This document shows positions 1-14,900 of a stretch of DNA of 64,000 nt, one piece after another; the stretch's first letter is position 1, and each line of letters begins with the position of its first letter. A model generated the notes under the pieces. The model saw only the letters and a program-made list of their open reading frames with translations. It did not search any database and was not told the origin of the DNA. The stretch is from an uncultured Gammaproteobacteria bacterium (lineage in GTDB: Bacteria; Patescibacteriota; Microgenomatia; JAMCZE01), in assembly GCA_964609775.1 (NCBI GenBank), contig CAZSSJ010000001.1:22858-86857 (forward strand), written 5' to 3'. The position numbers were made by a program, and so were the translations under genes.

Positions 1-17
1 AAAGGCAACTCGGGCGG

Positions 18-581
18 GTGGGGGAGAAAGGCTGGGATGTGTTGCACTCGGCCATTAAGAAGTCGCAGGCGATGGTCGGGCAGGCGGAACTTGAGAGTCT
101 AGAGCAAAGAGCAAAGAGTGATTTGGAGATTAAGAAGTTTGAGGAAAAATACCAGGAGGAGATTCAATTGACGGCGAGTGAAGTCCAGCAGGCGTTTCTT
201 TCGGAAGTGGCGAAGGCGTCGGGGGTGTTTAAAGACTATTTAGGAGAGCTTAAGAAAACGTCAGAAGACGAAAGCAAGGCGCTTCGGGAAGAGATGGCGG
301 CGAGGGTGGCCAAGGTGAGTGCGGCGGTTGAGGAGCAGGTGAAATTGGAGTTAAAGACGGTGGAAGAACGGTCGGTGCTGGCGATGGAAGCGGAAGTGGG
401 GGCTATGAGAACGGCTGTTGAAGAGTATAGGAAGAAGCGTTTGGAACAAATCGACAGGGATATTGTGGAGGTGGTGGAAAAGGTGGCTAAGGAGTATTTG
501 CGCAGGGAAATTCCGGTGAAAAATCAGATGGAACTGGTTTATGAAAGCCTCGAGAGAGCTAAAGAGGAAAAGTTTTTTTAG
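18..581 (+). CDS. atpF: F-type ATP synthase subunit b (coiled-coil stator stalk). GTG start at 18; the frame is open upstream to the window edge, so the gene may be 5' truncated.
   Basis: Charged, helical, low-complexity 187-aa product immediately upstream of delta, alpha, gamma, beta and epsilon genes in canonical operon order. Confidence 0.55.
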   Translation: MGEKGWDVLHSAIKKSQAMVGQAELESLEQRAKSDLEIKKFEEKYQEEIQLTASEVQQAFLSEVAKASGVFKDYLGELKKTSEDESKALREEMAARVAKVSAAVEEQVKLELKTVEERSVLAMEAEVGAMRTAVEEYRKKRLEQIDRDIVEVVEKVAKEYLRREIPVKNQMELVYESLERAKEEKFF

Positions 582-592
582 AAAGGTGAGAT

Positions 593-1003
593 GTGACTGA
601 TATTGTTAGTTCCATTTTGAGGGATTGTTACACTCGGACCGAAGCCTTGGCGAAATTGCGGGAATTGCGGGAAGCGGCTATGGATGAGGGACGGGCGGAG
701 GCGAGGCGAAAAGACGGGGAAGGAAACATTGAGGAAGAGCTGGAAACGGCGAGAGAGGAAATTGAGAAACAGGATGTCCTGACAATTTACCTCCCGGTGG
801 AGCTGTCTTTTGCCCAGATAGAGGAGCTGGGCCAAAAGGTCCGGCAGATTGTTCAGGAGGACATCCTTTTAGATCTCAGGCGGGATGAAAGACTCATTGG
901 AGGGTGCGCGCTGGCATTTAGAGGAAAATACCGGGATTTTTCCTTACGGGTGCAATTTGAGCAAGGGAGAGAATTTCTGAGGGGATTAGTTTTGAAGGAG
1001 TGA
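593..1003 (+). CDS. atpH: F-type ATP synthase subunit delta (OSCP)
   Basis: 136-aa product positioned between the b and alpha subunits, with a C-terminal LIGG...RGKY...SLR pattern typical of delta subunits. Confidence 0.55.
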   Translation: MTDIVSSILRDCYTRTEALAKLRELREAAMDEGRAEARRKDGEGNIEEELETAREEIEKQDVLTIYLPVELSFAQIEELGQKVRQIVQEDILLDLRRDERLIGGCALAFRGKYRDFSLRVQFEQGREFLRGLVLKE

Positions 1004-1015
1004 GGGGAGAAGACT

Positions 1016-2554
1016 ATGGCCGGAAGTAAAAAAAAAGTTAGTGGCGAGAGCGGGGAAATTGGCTTCGTTCGGGCGGCGAAGGGTTTTTTGATTCGACTCG
1101 ACGGGTTGCCCAGTGTCAAGATTAATGACGTGATTGTGGCGGAAAGTGGAGCTTTGGCGTATGTTTCTTCGATCCTGCCGAGCTTTGTGGAAGCCTTTGT
1201 TCTTGGGGGGCAAACGGTTTCTGTGGGCGAGGCGTTTCGGCCAACGGGGCGGAGTTTGGGCCTGGCCGTCGGAGACTTTCTTCTGGGTCGAGTGGTTGGG
1301 CCGATGGGGGAAGTGCTGGACGGCTTGGGGAAGATGGATGCGGCGGGGGCGAAGGAATTTCCCCTGGAGAAGCTGGCCGTCGGAGTGGCTTACCGGGAGT
1401 TTATTACCCGGCCCCTTCTGACAGGCATTACGGTTGTGGACACCCTGTTTCCGCTGGGGATGGGCCAGAGGGAACTGGTTATTGGGGATCCGCGGTCGGG
1501 GAAGAGTTCGTTTCTGATGGAGGTGATTTTAAACCAAGCAAAGAGTGGAGTGATTTGTGTTTATGGAGCGATCGGCCGGCCGGTGACTTTCGTGCGGGGG
1601 TTTATGGATTTGATTTTGGGAAGCGGAGAGACGGCGAAAAACACGGTTATGGTGGCGAGGTTTTCGACGGACAGTGCGCCACTTGTCTCTCTGACGCCAA
1701 AGGCGGCGATGGCCGTGGGGGAATATTTTTCGGGCATGGGAAAGGACGTCCTGGTGGTTTTGGATGACATGGGGACTCACGCCAAGGCCTATCGGGAAAT
1801 GGCCCTCCTTTCGGAACGGTTTCCCGGAAGGGAGGCCTATCCAGGAGACATTTTTCATGAGCAGGCGGCGATTTTGGAGCGGGCAGGAAACTTTAATGAC
1901 CAGGGGGGAGGAGGATCGATTACGGCCTTGCCAGTGATTGAGTTGCCGACCGATGACTTTGTCAATTATATTCCGACTAATCTCATGGGGATGACCGATG
2001 GACATCTGCTGTTTAATACCAGTTTACGGGCCCAGGGGCGGCGGCCGGCGATTGACGTTTCGCTGTCTGTGTCCCGGGTGGGGGCCCAGACGCAGAACCA
2101 GACGCAAAACCGGCTGGGAATCAAAGTCAAGGAAACCCTAGCCCGGGCGGATGAGTTGTCAACTCTTGTGGGTTTTGGCGGAGAACTGCCGCCGTCGACC
2201 CAGCTGGTTATTAACCAAGGGAGTTTACTGCGCGAGTTTTTTAGTCAGCCGGGAGGGGTCAGTTTGAGTGTGGCCGAACAGATCATCCTTTTGTCTTTGC
2301 CATTTATCAGATATCTGGGAGACAAGGACCGAACCTTTGTCGGGCGAAACAAGGCGATTTTGCTCCAGGCTTTTCGGGAAGACCCGGAGCTTGTGAAATT
2401 TAGCCAAGAGGTAACTAAGCTGGCTTTTGGTGACGTCCAGGCCGGTTTAGAGAAAATTTCCGGTCGGATCAAGGAGTGGGTGGAGAAACGGTCGGGGGTT
2501 GACAGGGAGAAAGTGGAAGTGGTCGATCGGGAGACGTGGTTACCTGACATCTAA
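1016..2554 (+). CDS. atpA: F1 ATP synthase alpha subunit with a divergent P-loop
   Basis: 512 aa with an alpha/beta ATPase fold signature, VIGDPRSGKSS (canonical alpha has GDRQTGKT); position in operon; start preceded by GGGGAGAAG. Confidence 0.85.
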   Translation: MAGSKKKVSGESGEIGFVRAAKGFLIRLDGLPSVKINDVIVAESGALAYVSSILPSFVEAFVLGGQTVSVGEAFRPTGRSLGLAVGDFLLGRVVGPMGEVLDGLGKMDAAGAKEFPLEKLAVGVAYREFITRPLLTGITVVDTLFPLGMGQRELVIGDPRSGKSSFLMEVILNQAKSGVICVYGAIGRPVTFVRGFMDLILGSGETAKNTVMVARFSTDSAPLVSLTPKAAMAVGEYFSGMGKDVLVVLDDMGTHAKAYREMALLSERFPGREAYPGDIFHEQAAILERAGNFNDQGGGGSITALPVIELPTDDFVNYIPTNLMGMTDGHLLFNTSLRAQGRRPAIDVSLSVSRVGAQTQNQTQNRLGIKVKETLARADELSTLVGFGGELPPSTQLVINQGSLLREFFSQPGGVSLSVAEQIILLSLPFIRYLGDKDRTFVGRNKAILLQAFREDPELVKFSQEVTKLAFGDVQAGLEKISGRIKEWVEKRSGVDREKVEVVDRETWLPDI

Positions 2555-2638
2555 TCATCAATCATCAATCATCAATGATCAATCATCAATCATCAATCAT
2601 CAATGATCAATCATCAATCATCAATCATCAATGATCAA
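2555..2638. repeat. Tandem heptamer array (TCATCAA)n in which every fourth unit is TGATCAA, giving a 28-nt higher-order unit x3, in the atpA-atpG intergenic spacer.
   Basis: Read directly: tcatcaatcatcaatcatcaatgatcaa repeated three times. Confidence 0.9.
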
Positions 2639-2703
2639 TCTCAAGAGTAATTTTAGCGAGGGACTTAAGCAGTCTGGGGCGGGGATTGCTGAGGAAGTGA
2701 CAG

Positions 2704-4909
<2,206 letters not shown>

Positions 4910-5036
4910 TTTGAAATTTGAAATTTGAAATTTGAATTGAATTTTTAATTTTCTAATGGCTCAAGGTTTAAAGCATTGAAAATTGAATCATTTGATATTG
5001 ATTTCAAATTGAAAATTGTAAATTTCAAATTGAACA
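4910..5036. repeat. AT-rich (TTTGAAA)n heptamer-repeat spacer between atpD and atpC; a related copy lies at 46186..46262.
   Basis: tttgaaatttgaaatttgaaatttgaat... followed by an inverted aatttcaaa arm. Confidence 0.8.
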
Positions 5037-5306
5037 GTGGATACTTTACAAGTTCGGATAGTCTCGCCGAAAGGTGAAGTTTTTAAGGGTGAGGCGACGG
5101 CGGTGTCGTCGAGAAATTCGGTGGGAAATTTTGACATTCTTCCCCAACATGCTAATTTTGTGACTTTGGTGAGGAGCGAGAAGATTGTGGTCAGGCTAAT
5201 TTCCGGAAAGGCAGTGGAATTTAAATATGACCTGGCAATTGTGCACGCGGGTTTGGGAAAGGTGGACATTTATACCGACGTTCCGGAGGAAATGACGGCG
5301 AAGTAG
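5037..5306 (+). CDS. atpC: F1 ATP synthase epsilon subunit
   Basis: 89 aa, VRIVSP.GEVF.GEA..V.....G.FDILP.HA beta-sandwich motif; last gene of the operon. Confidence 0.75.
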   Translation: MDTLQVRIVSPKGEVFKGEATAVSSRNSVGNFDILPQHANFVTLVRSEKIVVRLISGKAVEFKYDLAIVHAGLGKVDIYTDVPEEMTAK

Positions 5307-5945
5307 GTTTTGACTTCAGACGGCAAAGAGACAAGATTTTGGCTACAGGCTTCTAGGGTGGCCGGGTGAGGAGAATTGGAGACGAGGCGAGATTCTTATG
5401 ACGAGATGAAAAGACGGTTCGAAAGGTAAGTTGGCTGATGCAAATTGAGATGGTTTGATAGATGTGATATGAGCGGTTAATTTACCTTTTGTTTGAGAAT
5501 TTGAAGATCAATCTTGGCAGGGGTTGGGGTTTAGGCAAAAGAGATTGGGAAAAAGTGGTAAGAGGTCAAAGGGCCTCATGTTTGGGCAAATTTTGGGCCA
5601 GAAAGAAGGTGTTTCTCCGAAGGATTTCTTCACTATAACTTATTCTCCAGGTTTAGGAGATGACATTAAAAATTGCCGAGGCCCGAGGGGTTTTGAGAAA
5701 AAAGGAAAGCGGATCGCATAAATTTTCATCAGTAAAGTTGGATAGGAAATGAGTTCTAAGTGAATCTAGTATCTTGACAAATCTGGGTAAATCTCTTTAT
5801 TCTGATTATGTGAAAAGTTTTATTAGTATGTGTCACGAATTAAATTATTTAATTTGCAGCCCCACGACGCTCATGTTTGCGCCATGCACTACGTGTATGC
5901 TCGCAAGCAATCGCTTTGCGGGGCAAGGCCTGAGAAACTGCCAGA

Positions 5946-8900
5946 GTGGATAGGAACAAAGCAAAGGGAAAGTACAAGAAGCTTTTAAAGATCGGCGAGG
6001 CTGCGGCTGTTCTTGGCGTTTCCATTGACACGCTGCGCCGGTGGGACCAGGAAGGCAAGTTGAGTTCAATTAAGACCCCCGGGGGGACGAGATATTACTC
6101 CCTGGGCGATTTGCGCAAGATTAACCCTGAAGTCGGGGAGATTATCAAAACAGAAAAGCAGGAAAGGGCGTTTGACCTGACAGCTCTTTCTGAGGAGGCG
6201 AGGCGGGAATATTTGGAAAGCCCGATTGGAAGCCGGGGTGGCCAGCTTGCTCGACCAGGTCAGTCAAAGCGCATCAGTGGGGTCAGTTACCCGAGTCAGG
6301 TGGCGAAAGAAGCAGAGGCTGGGCTTCGAGCGAGAAAGCTGGCCTTGGGGGCGGCTTTGGCTGCAGTTGTTATAGGGTTGGTAGCGACTGGGGTTGTGGC
6401 GCTTCGAGGGACAGGATTGTTTAGGGGGGATTTGGTGAAGACCGGGAGTGAGAGGGAAGGTGCGGGTGAGGTTCTAGCTATTACCGCAGGGAAGAGCTTT
6501 TTGGAGATCGGGGCGGAGACGGTGTTTAAGGATCGGGTCGACTTTGGCGGTTCGGCCGACGGCTTTTCCGTTTTTGGGGGAGACACGGTGTCGCGGCGGC
6601 TGACGGTGACGGGGGCGGATGTGGCCTTAGACCAATCTCTGACGGCATCGTCTTCGCCGACGTTTGCTTCTTTGAAGCTTAGCGGGACGAGTGATCAGAT
6701 TGTGGTTGGGGGAAACGGAACGCTGACTTGGACACCAACGGCGGCGCGGACGGTGACATTTCCCGACGCGACTGGAACGGTTGTTCTGGACACGGCCACT
6801 CAAACCCTGTCAAACAAGTCACTTTCCGGATCAAGTAACACCTTCACGAACATTCCGAATTCGGCGCTGTCGAACTCGAAGATTACCATCAATGCGGGAA
6901 CAAATCTGGGAGGCGGAGGGGATGTGTCCTTGGGATCGAGTGTAACCATTGACCTGGATGACGCTATTTCCCTGACGTCGGCGACTTTTTCCGGGACGCT
7001 GGGGGTCGGGGGAACGGCTTCGGTCGGCGGGCAGATCATTCTTGACGGAGCGACCGCGGAGATTAACGCCACGAATAACCGGCCGCTGGACTTGGGGTTT
7101 GAGAACACCGGGGCGGTGCGGTTTTTGAACTCGACCAACTATGTTGACAGCAATAATAACTTGTATATCAACGGAGTGTTGGTCGCGGGGCCGACGACAC
7201 AAGGTTATTGGCAGAGGAATTCCGGGGCTTTGGCCCCGACGAATATTACGGACTCTTTGGTCGTCGGGGGGACGGCGACGGCGTCGGGAAAGTTTCAAGT
7301 CTACGGACTGTCGGCTCTTAATCCGGTGGCGAGCATTTCGGGGAGTTCATCGAAGGCCGCGTTCATCGTAGATAACACTGTTGGGGATTTGTTTACCGCT
7401 TCCTCCTCCGGCCTCAACCGTTTTGTGATTACCCAGAATGGAAATGTGGGGATTGGGACAAGCGCTCCGGCCTATAAGCTCGATGTCAACGGGTCGACGA
7501 ATATTGCTAATGGGTTGACGATTGCGGCCGGGAACTTGACTTTGACCGGGTCGCAGTCAATTGACGCGACGGGGATTTTGTCCATCGGGACTTCTAACCA
7601 AACATCGCTTCTTATCGGCCGGGTTGGGGCGCCGACGACGATCTACGGCTCGTCGGTGACGATCAGCTCGAGCACGTTTAGCTCCAATGCGGCGACGATT
7701 TCCGGGACGCTCGGCGTCGGGGGCGAAGCTTCGTTTTCGGCCAAAATTATTCTGGATTCGCCAACCTCGGAGATTAATGCCACGAACAGGCGCTATTTGG
7801 ATCTGGGGTTCATGAACACCGGCGGCGTGCGCTTTCTTAATGACACAAACTACATCACTCCGAGCGGGGATCTGTATTTAGCCGGCAGTTTGATCAGTTC
7901 CGGGACACAGGCGGGCTTCTGGCAGCGGCCGGCGAGCACCGGAGCCCTGGCCCCGATAAATATTACTGACTCACTGCTGATCGGCGGCACGGCGACAAGT
8001 TCAGCAAAATTTCAAGTCTATGGTCTCTCAGCGTTAAATCCGGTGGCGTCAATTTCGGCTTCGTCGGCAGTCGCCGGGCTCATGGTGGACAACACCGTCG
8101 GGGATTTGTTTACGGCAAGCTCATCGGGCTTAAACCGGTTTGTGATTACCCAGAATGGAAATGTGGGGATTGGGACGACGGCTCCAGTTGGACTGCTTGA
8201 TGTCGCGGCAACGGCCCCCTTCGTTATCACTTCGGCGGGCCAGGTCGGCATCGGGACGACGAGCCCGGTGGGACTTCTTCATGTTCAGGGAGCGTGTGTC
8301 ACGGGAGACACGCTGATTCGAGTCCGGCGTAGGAAGAAGAAGAAAAATGGTGACTGGGAAGATGAATGGCTTGATTTGCCAATTAAGCAGCTTAAGGCGG
8401 GGGATGAAGTGATGACACTGGATGAAAGGACGGGGGAGTTTACTACCTCAGTGGTTCGGGAACTCATGGACAAAGGGATTAAAACGACCTTTAAACTGAT
8501 GACCGCTGACGGCAAATCCATCCGGACAACAGCGGAACATCCTTATTTGGTGCAGGAAAGTGGCAGCCCGGACAGTAATTTCCTCTCTGGACTGACTTTT
8601 GCTTCAGTGAAAAAGATCTCCCAAGATTACTATTTCACTGTCTTGTCGGGCCGGAAGGTGGCTGTTAAAGCATTGGACGGCGAGATTGTGCATTTCACTA
8701 GCGAAGGGTTCTCTCATATTACTCACGAGAAGAAGAGCGAATTTGAAATAATGACGAGACTTTTTGCTCTGTCTAAAGTTTTGACGGTTCTGGAAACAGG
8801 TGTCAAAGTTTCTCAGAAAGACAGAAAGATCGTTAACGGCAAAGTTAATGATTATTGGACTTTGGAGGAAGTTGTTGAGGGCGTTTTAACTAAAGTTGTT

Positions 8901-11900
8901 GTCAGGTCGATTGAGGACGGGCCGAAGCAATTTTTGTCAGTTGTTTGGAAGGATAAGACTCCGGAAGCCACAAAAAATGTGGGGGACGTTGCCTCTCGCA
9001 TATTGCAGCGACGTGGACGAATGGTTACGTCTCAACGTAGGGCCCACGAGAAGTTTTATACCACAATTCTGGCCGATTTGTCAAGAGGGGTCTGGGGATA
9101 TAGAGGGATTTCCTTAGCGCAAGACTTAGTTTCCAAAAAGAAATGGGTTAAAGTGCGGTTTTTGAAACCCGGCATGGAGATCGCTACTTTCGGGCCTGAT
9201 GGCCGAATTTCCTGGCAGAAGATTGAGTCCATTGAGAAAGTGGGAGAGGAGCAGGTTTATGACATCGAAGTGGAAAACACTCACAATTTTGTGGCCGGGC
9301 ACTATATAGACAACACCAACCAGAGGGCCCTAATTTCACAGGAAGGAGAGATTCTACTTCGTTATCTGTCTTTTGAACAAAAGGAAGCCGAGGAACAGGG
9401 CGATCATGACCAAAGCAAAACCAATTTGGAAACGATTGAAAAATTCTGTCAGGTCAATCATGATTTTTTGCTCCAACTGTCCAAAATAACCGCCGACAGT
9501 AGACAAATTGTAGCCGAACCAATATTGCCTGTCAACACCCAGGCGTCCTTAATGGCGAAAAGTCCCAAGAGCAGTCCGGCTGCCAAGTCGATAAATAAGG
9601 AAGAAAAAATCTTGAGAACGGAAACCCTCATCGAGGAGAGTATAGAAAAGGTGGAGAACCTTGTCAATCGTTACAGGAAAGGCGAAATTCGGTTCGGTGG
9701 CATTGTGGCGCATAACACGACGGGGAAGGCATTGGTGGATCTGAACTACACCGGGACGGATCAGGCAATTTTGACAGCTTCTGTTTCGGGGACCACGAAA
9801 TTTGTCATTAACAATTCCGGTCAAGTGGGAGTGGGAACCGGAGCAAACAACAATACTTTGCTGGCGGATGTGGATTTGCGGACGCTGACGAACACGGTTC
9901 CGGTGGCTTCAATTGCCGGAAGCACGGGAGTGGCAGCCTTGGTGGTGGACAACGTTTCCGGGGATTTATTTACAGCCAGTAGTTCGGGTTTGAGTCGTTT
10001 TGTGATAGATAGGGGAGGGAATGTGGGGATTTCCTCGACGGCGCCGTCACAGAAACTGGACGTGGTTGGGGCGGTGCGGTTGGGAGCTAACGGGGGGGCC
10101 AATGACATTTTGAACACGACGGTTGGGGGAAGTGCCCCGAGCGGGGTTTTGTATTGGGGAAACAGGACGCTGTGTGACACTTCCGGCAACTGTTCGGGAG
10201 TCGGGGGGATTGTGGCCGGGAGCGGAGTCCAATATTACATTAGCAAATGGACTGATGCTTCCGGCACGACAATCGGCGATTCACTGCTGTATGACCCGGG
10301 CACGTCGGTGGGACTCAACACCACCTCGCCGGCGGCGATTTTTGACATTCGGGGCACGCAGGGAACTTCGGCTCTCTCCGGGACTTTGCCGGTGGCCAGC
10401 ATTTCCGGGAAAACAAGTTTTGCGGCGGTGGTGGTGAACAACGATTCGACGGTCGGGGACCTCTTCACGGCTTCGGCGTCGGGGTTAAGCCGGTTTGTCA
10501 TCACCAATACGGGCAACGTGGGCATTGGCACGGCACTTCCGGCCCAGTTGCTCTCGGTCGCCGGGGCGATCCAGTTAGGGAGCGGTTTGGGAGCAAATGA
10601 TGTTCTGAATACTGCTGCTGCCGGGGGGGTGCCGTCGGGACTGCTCTATTGGGGCAGCCGGGAAGTCTGTGATGCTTCGGGCAACTGCGCCGGAGTGGGC
10701 GGGCAGGTCCAGGGGACGGGAACCCAAAACTATATTACCAAGTGGAACAATGCCGGGGGAACGGCGATCGGGGATTCGCTGCTGTATGATTCCGGCTCGG
10801 CGGTGGGTCTGGGAACAACCTCGCCTTTGGGGACACTCCATGTGGTTGGGCAGTGCGTCGTCTCTGGCACAAGGATTCGGCGGCGACGCCGTCGCCGAGG
10901 CTATGGCGCCCGAGGGGCGGAAGAGTGGGTTGAGGAGGAAGTGCCAATTGAGGAGATTGAGCCGGACGATGAAATTGTGTCATTGAACGTTGAGAAGGGG
11001 CGGTTTGAGTGGCACAAGGTGGAAAAGACCCTTAATAAGGGGCTGCTTGCCGGGATGGCCCTTTCGACTTCGACGGGGAAGAGAATCGTGACCACGGGCA
11101 AACATCCATACCTGATGATCGACAAACCGGAAATTACTCAAGGGACTTTTGAGGTTGACCAATCGATTAAAGTGGAAGATTTGGGCAAGGCGACAATTGT
11201 GGGCTTTGCTTTGGGAAAACTGGCCTTTGCGGTGAAACTTCGACAACAGGACAAAAAGTTGATCCGTAGTGGTTTTCAGAAAGCCGGTAAGGAAGATCTC
11301 TTTGCTCCTTTGACCTTTGCCAATGTAGTGGTTAATCTCTTCCGGGCGGCCCAGATCTATCCGGCTAGAATCGCGCTTGATGAAGAATACACCGGCTTTT
11401 TCGGGGAGATTAAAGATATTATTAAAAAGTCCTTCCCGGATGCAGAGGTTTTTGAGACTAATCTGAAAGATTCTTCAGCTGCTCATCAAAGGGTCTGGGC
11501 GGTCAACAAAGGGAGAGCGAAAGAGGATGTCCTCTTGGTTCTTGAGGGCGGAGAATTAAAAGAAAGGCCGGGAGTTAAATCAACTCTGAGCGGAAGACCT
11601 TTGCCCCTGAATGGTTACAGGGGGACCAGTCAACCCATCGGCCTTTACTATGGTGAATTCTATCACCGAGGGGCGAATTTGTCAACCCCTTCGACAAGCT
11701 CAGGGTTGATAGCGAGAAAGACCGAGCTATCAAGGGCTCGATGGGCCAAAGCTGGAGATATTAGGGTCGGTCAGTATGTGGCGACGGAGGATGGGTTTGA
11801 GAAAGTGACGGGGATTTCTGACGCCGGCCGGGTGCTGATGTACGACCTTTCCGTTGCTAACACCCACAACTTCCTCGCCAACGGGATTGTGGCCCATAAC

Positions 11901-14900
11901 ACCGGGACGATGGCGATCGCGACGGTTTCGGGGGCGACGTCTTTTGCGGCCCTCACCGTGGATAACTCCGGCGTCGGGGATTTGTTTACGGCCAGTTCGT
12001 CTGGCTTAAACAGGTTCGTGATTACCCAGAACGGCAACGTCGGCATCGGGACGACGGCTCCAGTTGGACTGCTTGATGTCGCGGCAACGGCCCCCTTCGT
12101 TATCACTTCGGCGGGCCAGGTCGGCATCGGGACGACCTCGCCGGTGGGACTGCTGCATGTCCAGGGGGCGTGTGTGACGGGGGACACATTGTTGAAACGA
12201 CGGCGTAAGAAATGGCGGACACGCAGGTCCGCCCCTACGGAAATGGGACCGGATCCAGAAGGGGATGCTGAATCCACCAAAAAATCCGCTTACGCGGACT
12301 TGGTAAACCAGATCGGCTTGCTAAATGGCTGGCTTGATACCCTTACGGGTAATATATCAGATGGTGATGAAATTGTCAAGGATCAGATGGGCATGGACCT
12401 GCCGGGAGTTGAACCCGGTAGGCTTGGGGTATCAAGCCAGCCTAGCAAACCTGCCAGGCCCATGCCAATGAATAGTATAGCAGACGATGGTGACTATTAC
12501 TGGGAAGATGTGCGGATTGATGAAATTGAGGCGGGGGATGAAGTGATGACCCTGGATGAAAAGAGCGGGGAGTTTGTAGCCAGCACGGTTAAACAATTGA
12601 TGGTGATGGGGAATAAAAAGATCATTAAACTGACAACCGAGAGTGGAAAGACCATTCGGACAACGGAAAAACACCCTTATCTGGTCAAGGTCAAAGGAGA
12701 AAATCAGAAAACAGCCTTCGCTTTCATTGATGAAACAGGAATTACACTTGATCCCGGCCAACACCATCTTGGGGTGGGGGCTCTTAATAAAAAGGAGGAT
12801 GGTGCCTTAAAAGACACGTTTTGTCAAGGGGGAGGGAAGGTGTTTTGGCGTCAAGTTTCAACTCTCAAACCGGGAATGTTGATCGCGACAGTTGATGGCT
12901 TTGAGAAGATTATCAGGATTGAGGAACTGCCCGAGGAGATGGTTTATGACATTGAAGTGGAAAACACCCACAATTTTGTGGCCGGGCACTATGTCGACCA
13001 GGCTTCACAGACGGCGTTAAAAGCGGAGGAGGAAAAGTTTCTCTGTCTTTATCAACAAAACACGTTAACGAGAGAGTTTTCTCTTTTCGACCTTACCGAA
13101 GAAAATCCAAGCCAGAAAAAGGGCAATAAGCCCCAATCCAACTCCTATCCAGGCAGCGATATAAAATTGATCCAAAGTGGTGATCATATGTTTTCAAATA
13201 GCCAGTCTTCTAATTTGATGGCTATCCAGCTACAGAGCGTAGCAAAGATGAGGTTTGCTGTCAAGGCCAAGATGGGGTTGGACGAAGCGAATGATGCAAA
13301 AGCACCAAATATGAACCCAGTGGATAGGTTTGAGAGTATAGATGAAACTACCTTGACTTGGCTAGGGCGAATATTAAAAGAAAACTCCATTAACTTGACT
13401 TTAGACGAAGCGCTTTGTCTTATCAATAAATATGAGTCTGGGGAAATTGTTTATGGGGGCATTGTGGCGCATAACACGACGGGGAAGGCCCTGGCGAATC
13501 TGAACTACACCGGAACCGATCAGGCAATCTTTACAGCTTCTCAGGGAGGAGTGTTGAAGTTTTCTCTTAATGGCATCGGAACAGAGCATACGGCTTCGGT
13601 GGCGGGGACAACGTCTAAGGCGGCTCTGATTGTGGACAACACAATCGGGGATTTGTTCACGGCCTCGTCATCGGGCTTGGCTCGCTTTGTGATAACACAA
13701 AGCGGCAATGTGGGGATTGGGTCCGCCGCTCCCAGCGTCGCTCTGGATGTCACCGGAGCGGGGAAGACGAGTGGGGCCTTTACGGTGGGGAATAATTTGA
13801 CGGTGACGGCCGGGGGCCTCACGGTGACGGCCGGGAACATTGCCCTGACGGGGTCGCAGACGATTGACGGGACCGGGACGCTGACAATTGGCGGCACTTC
13901 GCAGACGTCGCTGGCGTTGGGGAGGAGCGGGGCGCAGACGACGATTTCCGGCGGGCCGGTGGTCGTCAACGGCGCTTCCTTTGCCTCGGCAGGGACAACG
14001 ACATTCACCGGCGGGAATGTGGGGATCGGGACGACGACGGTGACGGATTTTGCTTTGGAGATGGGCGGGAGCATCGGGCCGGTGACGACCGATCAATATG
14101 ATTTGGGGTCGGCCGCTCTCGAATGGAATAATTTGTATGTCAAAAACATTATTTCAACGGGGACGACGGCCGGATTTTGGCAGCGGGCGTCGGGGGTGCT
14201 GGCTCCGCAGAACATTACAGACTCGCTGATTATTGGCGGGACGGCAACATCCTCCGGGAAATTCCAAGTTTACGGCCTATCGGCTCTTAATCCAGTGGCG
14301 AGCATTTCCGGGTCTTCGGCAGTGGCCGCGCTTATGGTCGATAACACAGTGGGAGATTTATTTACGGCCTCATCGTCGGGACTAAATCGGTTTGTGATTA
14401 CTCAAAATGGAAATGTGGGGATTGGGAGCACGGTTCCTGTATCACGGCTTGATACAGGAGGAGGAACAATTTCACTTAATGGTGGGTGGTTGTCGAATGA
14501 TGGTGGAGCTGAAGGTGTGTTTGTTAAAACAGACGGGAATGTGGGTATCGGGACAAGTGCACCAGCCTATAGGCTTGATGTCGTCCACACCACACCGACT
14601 GCGGCAAATGGCAGTGTGTCACCAGATCAAATAGGATTGAGGGTTAACAGGGCCCACTATGTTGGGACCCCTGGACCCTACCCTAATGCTGTTTATGGCG
14701 TTTTGGGTCAAGGCCAAGCAGGTCAGGGGAGTGCCAGTGTGTCTTATTCCAATACGGTGGGTGCTAGAGGTGTGGCTGGACAAGCAATTGTCAATGTTAC
14801 GGGTGGTGCCAGTGTTACGGGTGCAAGTTCATTGTATGCGTTGAATGCTACGATTACTGCTGGAACTTTATCTAATCAATATGGATTATATGTTGAGTCG

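Noticed and set aside
1134-2005. Alternative-frame ORFs (95 aa plus; 158 aa minus) inside atpA
   Set aside because: They overlap a strongly supported conserved gene and their translations are low complexity.
5524-5721. 65-aa ORF in the 640-bp region upstream of the giant gene
   Set aside because: No RBS, motif or conservation support. The region more likely holds the promoter and 5' UTR of the giant gene.
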